DNA of 64,000 bases from an uncultured Alphaproteobacteria bacterium (GTDB taxonomy: Bacteria > Pseudomonadota > Alphaproteobacteria > Rhizobiales > Xanthobacteraceae), in the NCBI GenBank assembly GCA_963769365.1, contig CAVYLU010000025.1, forward strand, positions 19,970 through 83,969, written 5' to 3'. Under the pieces are notes generated by a model, which saw only the letters and a program-made list of their open reading frames with translations, had not been told where the DNA came from and searched no databases. The position numbers and the translations under genes were made by a program. Numbering within the stretch: position 1 is the first letter of the stretch; each line of letters starts with the position of its first letter. Positions 60,011 to 64,000 of the stretch are shown one piece after another.

Positions 60011-60336
60011 ACAATTGCACTATCAATGAACAAAGGTTGGCTAATGTCGCAGACAGGATCATCTCCGCTGTCAGAAGCTAGTGTCGATTGCCGAAGTTTT
60101 CGCAGTATTTCATCAGCTTCACTTATTTTTTCACGCCATTTTGCTTCAACGCCGTAGGCCTTGAAGCTTTCCATCTGCGGCAAATAATGGAAGAGCGCCA
60201 CAATAACAAACAGCCCAGCAACCAACGATCCGGCTGCAACATGGTCTATCAAAGCTAATCCTACGGCAATCAAAAGAAGGATCGCTGCACAGCAGATCAG
60301 TATCCACCGCACAATAAAATTCCAAATTGAGGACAT
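59932..60336 (-). CDS. two-TM membrane protein (134 aa, hypothetical)
   Basis: MSSIWNFIVRWILICCAAILLLIAVGLALIDHVAAGSLVAGLFVIVALF.. followed by a charged helical tail. AT-richer codon usage. Confidence 0.45.
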   Translation of the reverse strand: MSSIWNFIVRWILICCAAILLLIAVGLALIDHVAAGSLVAGLFVIVALFHYLPQMESFKAYGVEAKWREKISEADEILRKLRQSTLASDSGDDPVCDISQPLFIDSAIVYFTRKSSAPDEETQSKRQRLFRWRG

Positions 60337-61293
60337 TCAGTCTTGCCTCCTTCACGGTGTCAGCAACTGCTCTCGATGTTGGGCGTAATGCGAGCGCTGA
60401 ACCATAGCAAGCCGGCGCCCAAGCCCGGGCCGCGCCGCAAGCGCGCAAAGGCTTACAGGATCGTGCGGCGAGCGGCGTCGGGCCACGTCAACCGCGCTGG
60501 TCCGTGGTCCGGCACGGTCCCGCCTAACATCTTGCCTCCAGGCCCCAAGGACCGGACCGTGCTTTACGAATCCAGCCGTTCAATCAGGTGCCACAGGCTC
60601 CGATCCCGTGCCGTCGAGCCTGGTACCACCCCGTCTCCCTGGATGACTCCCAGATCGTCCGGAAAGACGCCGCCCATGCGTTCGCCGGACAAATTCAAAC
60701 CCTCATTTTGGGTCGCCGTTGGTCACTATCGAAGACCGTCCGTCGCATGCGACTCCGCGCGCCGATCGTTACCCCCGTAGTTACCCTTAATCAAATTTGT
60801 CATAACGATCGCCGCAGCCTAGGAGCACCTAAGTCATTGATCTATTGGCGGAAGGAGTGGGATATCAATCATGGCAAGAAACCCATGCGCCGCAGCAAAT
60901 TCATCGATCGCGATAGACTCAGGGTTTGGTCAAGGGTATGGCACCTGTCTGAAGGGGCGCCAGCCAGCGGGAGAGGGGCGCCTGCGCGGTGTTTTTGAGG
61001 GAGCGGCACCCCTCTTGCGCCCGCCAGCGGGGCGCCTCTCAGCGGACGCCGTAAGGACTCGACTTGCCGCCTTCTGCCGCCGGGGGCAGCGTGTCGGACG
61101 CCCGCCTTTTCCTGATTCGTCCTCCTTAAGGAGAACCCGCCAGTGACGCGACCCGCCATGAATGGAGCCCCCGACCAAATCCAAGCGGTGAAGCAAATGT
61201 TGGCAGGAGGTCTTATCCACGCTGACGATCCTGGCATGAGTAGCGGTCGCCGCCATGGTAATGCGCTCACCCTCAAAATGTTTACTTCTGATG

Positions 61294-61494
61294 TCAGTTT
61301 GGGACCCAAGTATAACCTTTCTGTCCCTCTTTCATAACGTAGTATCCTTTTCCGGTGCCGTCGCCCCAGGATATAAAGGTCTGCCCGCCATTTGAGCCAT
61401 AGCCAATTCCGAGGCCGGGGGCACCTCCCGAAACGAGGTCAAGTTCGTTCGTGGTCAACTCATCGCGCGTTTCTTTAGTCCTTTGCAAGATCAT
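61294..61494 (-). CDS. double-glycine-leader peptide B (66 aa; putative class II microcin/bacteriocin-like precursor)
   Basis: AAGGAG-N6-ATG. Leader MILQRTKETRDELTTNELDLVSGG; core APGLGIGYGSNGGQTFISWGDGTGKGYYVMKEGQKGYTWVPN. Confidence 0.6.
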   Translation of the reverse strand: MILQRTKETRDELTTNELDLVSGGAPGLGIGYGSNGGQTFISWGDGTGKGYYVMKEGQKGYTWVPN

Positions 61495-61517
61495 CTCTTT
61501 CTCCTTCAGGTTGATGT

Positions 61518-61700
61518 TTAGTTCGGGACCCACGTAAGACCATTCTTTCCTTCCGTCATCACCCAGGTTCCGCCGTTGTCTGCCCATTGTATTTTGGCCA
61601 TCCCCTTCGATGAGTGTGAATAGTCAATTCCGATGTTGGGGGAGCCTCCTGACGCAAGGCCGAGTTCGTCGATTGTCAGTTCATCGTTGCGTTTTTCCAT
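61518..61700 (-). CDS. double-glycine-leader peptide A (60 aa; paralog of peptide B)
   Basis: AAGGGA-N6-ATG at 61700. Leader MEKRNDELTIDELGLASGG; core SPNIGIDYSHSSKGMAKIQWADNGGTWVMTEGKNGLTWVPN. Confidence 0.6.
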   Translation of the reverse strand: MEKRNDELTIDELGLASGGSPNIGIDYSHSSKGMAKIQWADNGGTWVMTEGKNGLTWVPN

Positions 61701-61780
61701 GGTCTGTCCCTTCAAGGTTGATGCTCACGCCTCCTACGGTGAAGCGCACGGGTATCAATCAGAGAAAGGGGATCGCTACC

Positions 61781-61794
61781 GTGATCTGGATCAC
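61781..61794. promoter_or_regulatory. perfect 14-bp palindrome upstream of the peptide operon
   Basis: GTGATC-TG-GATCAC, about 80-95 nt upstream of the peptide A start codon. Candidate operator. Confidence 0.3.
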
Positions 61795-62711
61795 GCGGCC
61801 CGCTTCGAGCTCACATCCGGCCAAGCGTGCGACGGCCAAAGTCCACGCCGATCCATGAACTGGAGCGGTACATGCGGTGTCGGGACTGCTCGGAGGTTAG
61901 GGGTTATCCCTATAAGCGCAGCCATCTGATAGCGCTGCGGACAACGAAAATATCAGCGAGCGATCCGCCCTCAACGTGGTGGCCGGGCGAACGATGAAAC
62001 CGATACCAAGAAGGCCAACCCGCACGAGCGTCGCGCTCGTCGCAACGGCTGCTTTTTTAATGGCTTCCCCGGTTTTCGCGGCGGAGAACCGGCATCCCGC
62101 GCATTGTTGGTCTTCCCCTGAACCGACCTGAGGTGGCGTATTCAGTGCCCGTTTCGGAGCGGCACCATTGTGAACTGAGTTGCCCTGGTCTCGCAAGGCG
62201 ACAAAGCCTGCTTGCTCCGAGCGCGGCGGCTAGGAAGGTGCGTCTGTGCCCAGTTTGGTCCCAAAGGCAAACGCTCCTGAGAGGTGAGGTTTGACCGGGA
62301 CTGAACCACTTTAGGCAAGGGTGAGTAAGCATAACGATTTCTCCGCCATTCTACGCTCCGCGGCGCTCTATGGTGAGCGACCAATCGTAGCCACAAAATG
62401 CGCCATGATCTCACCAATGCCATTCCTGATTGGCCGCTTCTGGCGCGAAGCGGCCGTTCAGCCGAGATGCCAACTTCAGCTAAGTGCCGATAGTGTTGCA
62501 AAAGTCGTTTTGCTGAAGGTGTCAAAAATTCTGAGGGCCGTAGGCGCGGTTTTCGTGTAGAAACCTGACGGACCTCATCGCCTCACGATAAACTCATTGG
62601 CGACTTCGGTAACGCGACTGAGGTTATCCGAATCGTCGATCGCTTCGCGTTTTAAGGTTTCACTAAAAATGCGGACTGATGCAACTTTCGACTTATCTGC
62701 CAGTACCTCCA

Positions 62712-63098
62712 TTAGCTCTCCCGGAAGACGGCCTCGATGTTGTTGCCGTCTGGATCCAGAACGAACGCCGCGAAGTAGCCAAGGGGATAGTTGCCGGAGC
62801 GGAGCCCCGAGCCACCATTATCTTGGCCGCCAGAAGAAATCGCAGCGCGGTGAAAGTCCTCGACCTCGCCGCGGCTGCCCGCTCGAAAGGCGGTGTGCTG
62901 CTTCGTTCCATGTGGGTGAAACACATCGATCCAGAAAATCGGGTAGCTCACGCCATAGCCGACCCCGCCAAGTCCCGGATCGTTGCCGCCGCGGGCCACG
63001 GCGAAGGTTTTGGTGATGCGCGCTATCGGCTTAAGCCCTACAAATTGTCCGAAACTGGACAGAAGCATGCGGCGCGCGGCAAATCCACTTAGCACCAC
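62712..63098 (-). CDS. VOC family protein (glyoxalase-like), start uncertain
   Basis: C-terminal half is typical (..HTAFRAGSRGEVEDFHRAAISSGG...YFAAFVLDPDGNNIEAVF). GTG at 63098 gives about 128 aa; ATG at 63068 is an alternative. Confidence 0.55.
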   Translation of the reverse strand: MVLSGFAARRMLLSSFGQFVGLKPIARITKTFAVARGGNDPGLGGVGYGVSYPIFWIDVFHPHGTKQHTAFRAGSRGEVEDFHRAAISSGGQDNGGSGLRSGNYPLGYFAAFVLDPDGNNIEAVFRES

Positions 63099-63205
63099 CG
63101 ATTGCCGGAACGGCTGAATCCAACTAGCTTCTGCACAGTGCCGGGGCCTGCAGACCGGGCGCGCAATGTTCCTCGTCGCCAACAACGCAATGTCGGGAGG
63201 GCAAT

Positions 63206-64000
63206 ATGGGGCGGAGATACCAAAGTATCCTCGAAACAATCGGGAATACACCGGTAGTGCGAATAAATCGTTTGGCACCGCAGGGCGTGAACCTGTTCGT
63301 AAAAATTGAAGCCTTCAACCCACTCGGTTCGGTGAAGGATCGATTGGCTCTCGGGGTGATCGAGGCCGCCGAAAAGTCGGGAGAGCTCAAGCCCGGCCAG
63401 ACGGTCATAGAGGCGACCAGCGGGAATACCGGGATTGGCCTTGCCATGGTTTGTGCGGCCAAGGGGTACCCGCTTGTGGTCACCATGGCGGAGCCATTCA
63501 GCGTCGAGCGACGCAAGCTCATGCGCTTCCTCGGAGCGAAAGTCATCGTAACTCCCGCCGCCGAACGAGCTGTGGGCATGATCACCAAGACCATCGAGCT
63601 TGCCAGGGCGCATGGCTGGTTCATGACCCGGCAGTTTGAGAACGAAGCAAATCCCGATTTTCATTCGCGCACAACGGCGCGCGAGATAATCGACGATTTT
63701 GCCGGACAGCGGCTGGATTATTGGGTTACTGGTTACGGAACTGGCGGAACACTAAAGGGCGTCGCGCGGGTGCTTACCAAAGAGCGTCCCGAAACGAAGA
63801 TTATAGTTTGCGAGCCGGGAGATGCGCAGCTGCTGGGAAGTGGCATCGCGCAGTCGCGGAACTCGGACGGTACACCGGCGGCACCACATCCGACATTCAA
63901 GCCTCATCCAATGCAAGGCTGGACGCCGGATTTTATCCCCAAGCTCACCGACGATGCCGTCGACATGAAAGTTATCGATCGCATCCTGCCGATCTCTGGC
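63206..64000 (+). CDS. cysK: cysteine synthase A (O-acetylserine sulfhydrylase), 3' end outside the window
   Basis: ATG at 63206 lies 5 nt after GGAGGG. NPLGSVKDRLA (PLP lysine), TSGNTGIGLAMV, GTGGTLKG. No stop before the window end. Confidence 0.9.
   Translation, partial: MGRRYQSILETIGNTPVVRINRLAPQGVNLFVKIEAFNPLGSVKDRLALGVIEAAEKSGELKPGQTVIEATSGNTGIGLAMVCAAKGYPLVVTMAEPFSVERRKLMRFLGAKVIVTPAAERAVGMITKTIELARAHGWFMTRQFENEANPDFHSRTTAREIIDDFAGQRLDYWVTGYGTGGTLKGVARVLTKERPETKIIVCEPGDAQLLGSGIAQSRNSDGTPAAPHPTFKPHPMQGWTPDFIPKLTDDAVDMKVIDRILPISG

Noticed and set aside
60930-61256. 108-aa minus-strand ORF immediately downstream of peptide B, containing ..HRLDLVGGS.. (possible third GG-leader gene). The plus-strand ORF 60871..61146 (..GFGQGYGTC..) was considered with it.
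   Set aside because: The GG context does not fit the -7/-8/-12 rule. The remainder is Arg-rich and runs through the GGGGCGCC palindromic block. SD spacing is poor for the plus-strand ORF. This is not excluded as a degenerate copy, but it is unsupported.
62142-62560. ORFs of 127 aa (-) and 79 aa (+)
   Set aside because: They lie in repeat-like non-coding DNA. The translations resemble the spurious peptides produced by dispersed intergenic elements, and there are no start signals.

Overview
This 64-kb window comes from a high-GC alphaproteobacterial chromosome. Gene content, REP-like hairpin repeats and a NasS/NasT module suggest a Bradyrhizobium/Nitrobacteraceae-type genome, but that is inference only.

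Positions 1-38.3 kb are compact core DNA:
- phosphatidylcholine synthase, TerC, quinone oxidoreductase, a class-III aminotransferase and RimO
- a nitrite-assimilation module: nasT-nasS, then an FNT channel, nirA and a CysJ-like flavoprotein
- the 5-oxoprolinase operon pxpBCA
- a sugar-type ABC transporter with a dehydrogenase and an amidase
- an MFS / acyl-CoA-dehydrogenase-fold / VOC operon
- DsbA, TauE/ArsR, and many small secreted or membrane proteins

Positions 38.3-63.1 kb look lower in GC by eye and are mosaic and gene-poor:
- two convergent paralogous polytopic membrane proteins of unknown family bracket about 9.4 kb of decayed DNA
- that interval holds a reverse-transcriptase relic, abutting IS110 and rve transposase fragments, an orphan prkA with a yeaH stub, and small zinc-ribbon and Myb-like ORFs
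- further right lie truncated or frameshifted genes (a bicupin, head-to-head CorA and OGG-fold-like fragments)
- a tandem pair of small peptides carries double-glycine (microcin/bacteriocin-type) leaders

The window ends in cysK (partial). I found no rRNA, tRNA or CRISPR array. All family assignments come from motif recognition by eye and need HMM or BLAST confirmation.
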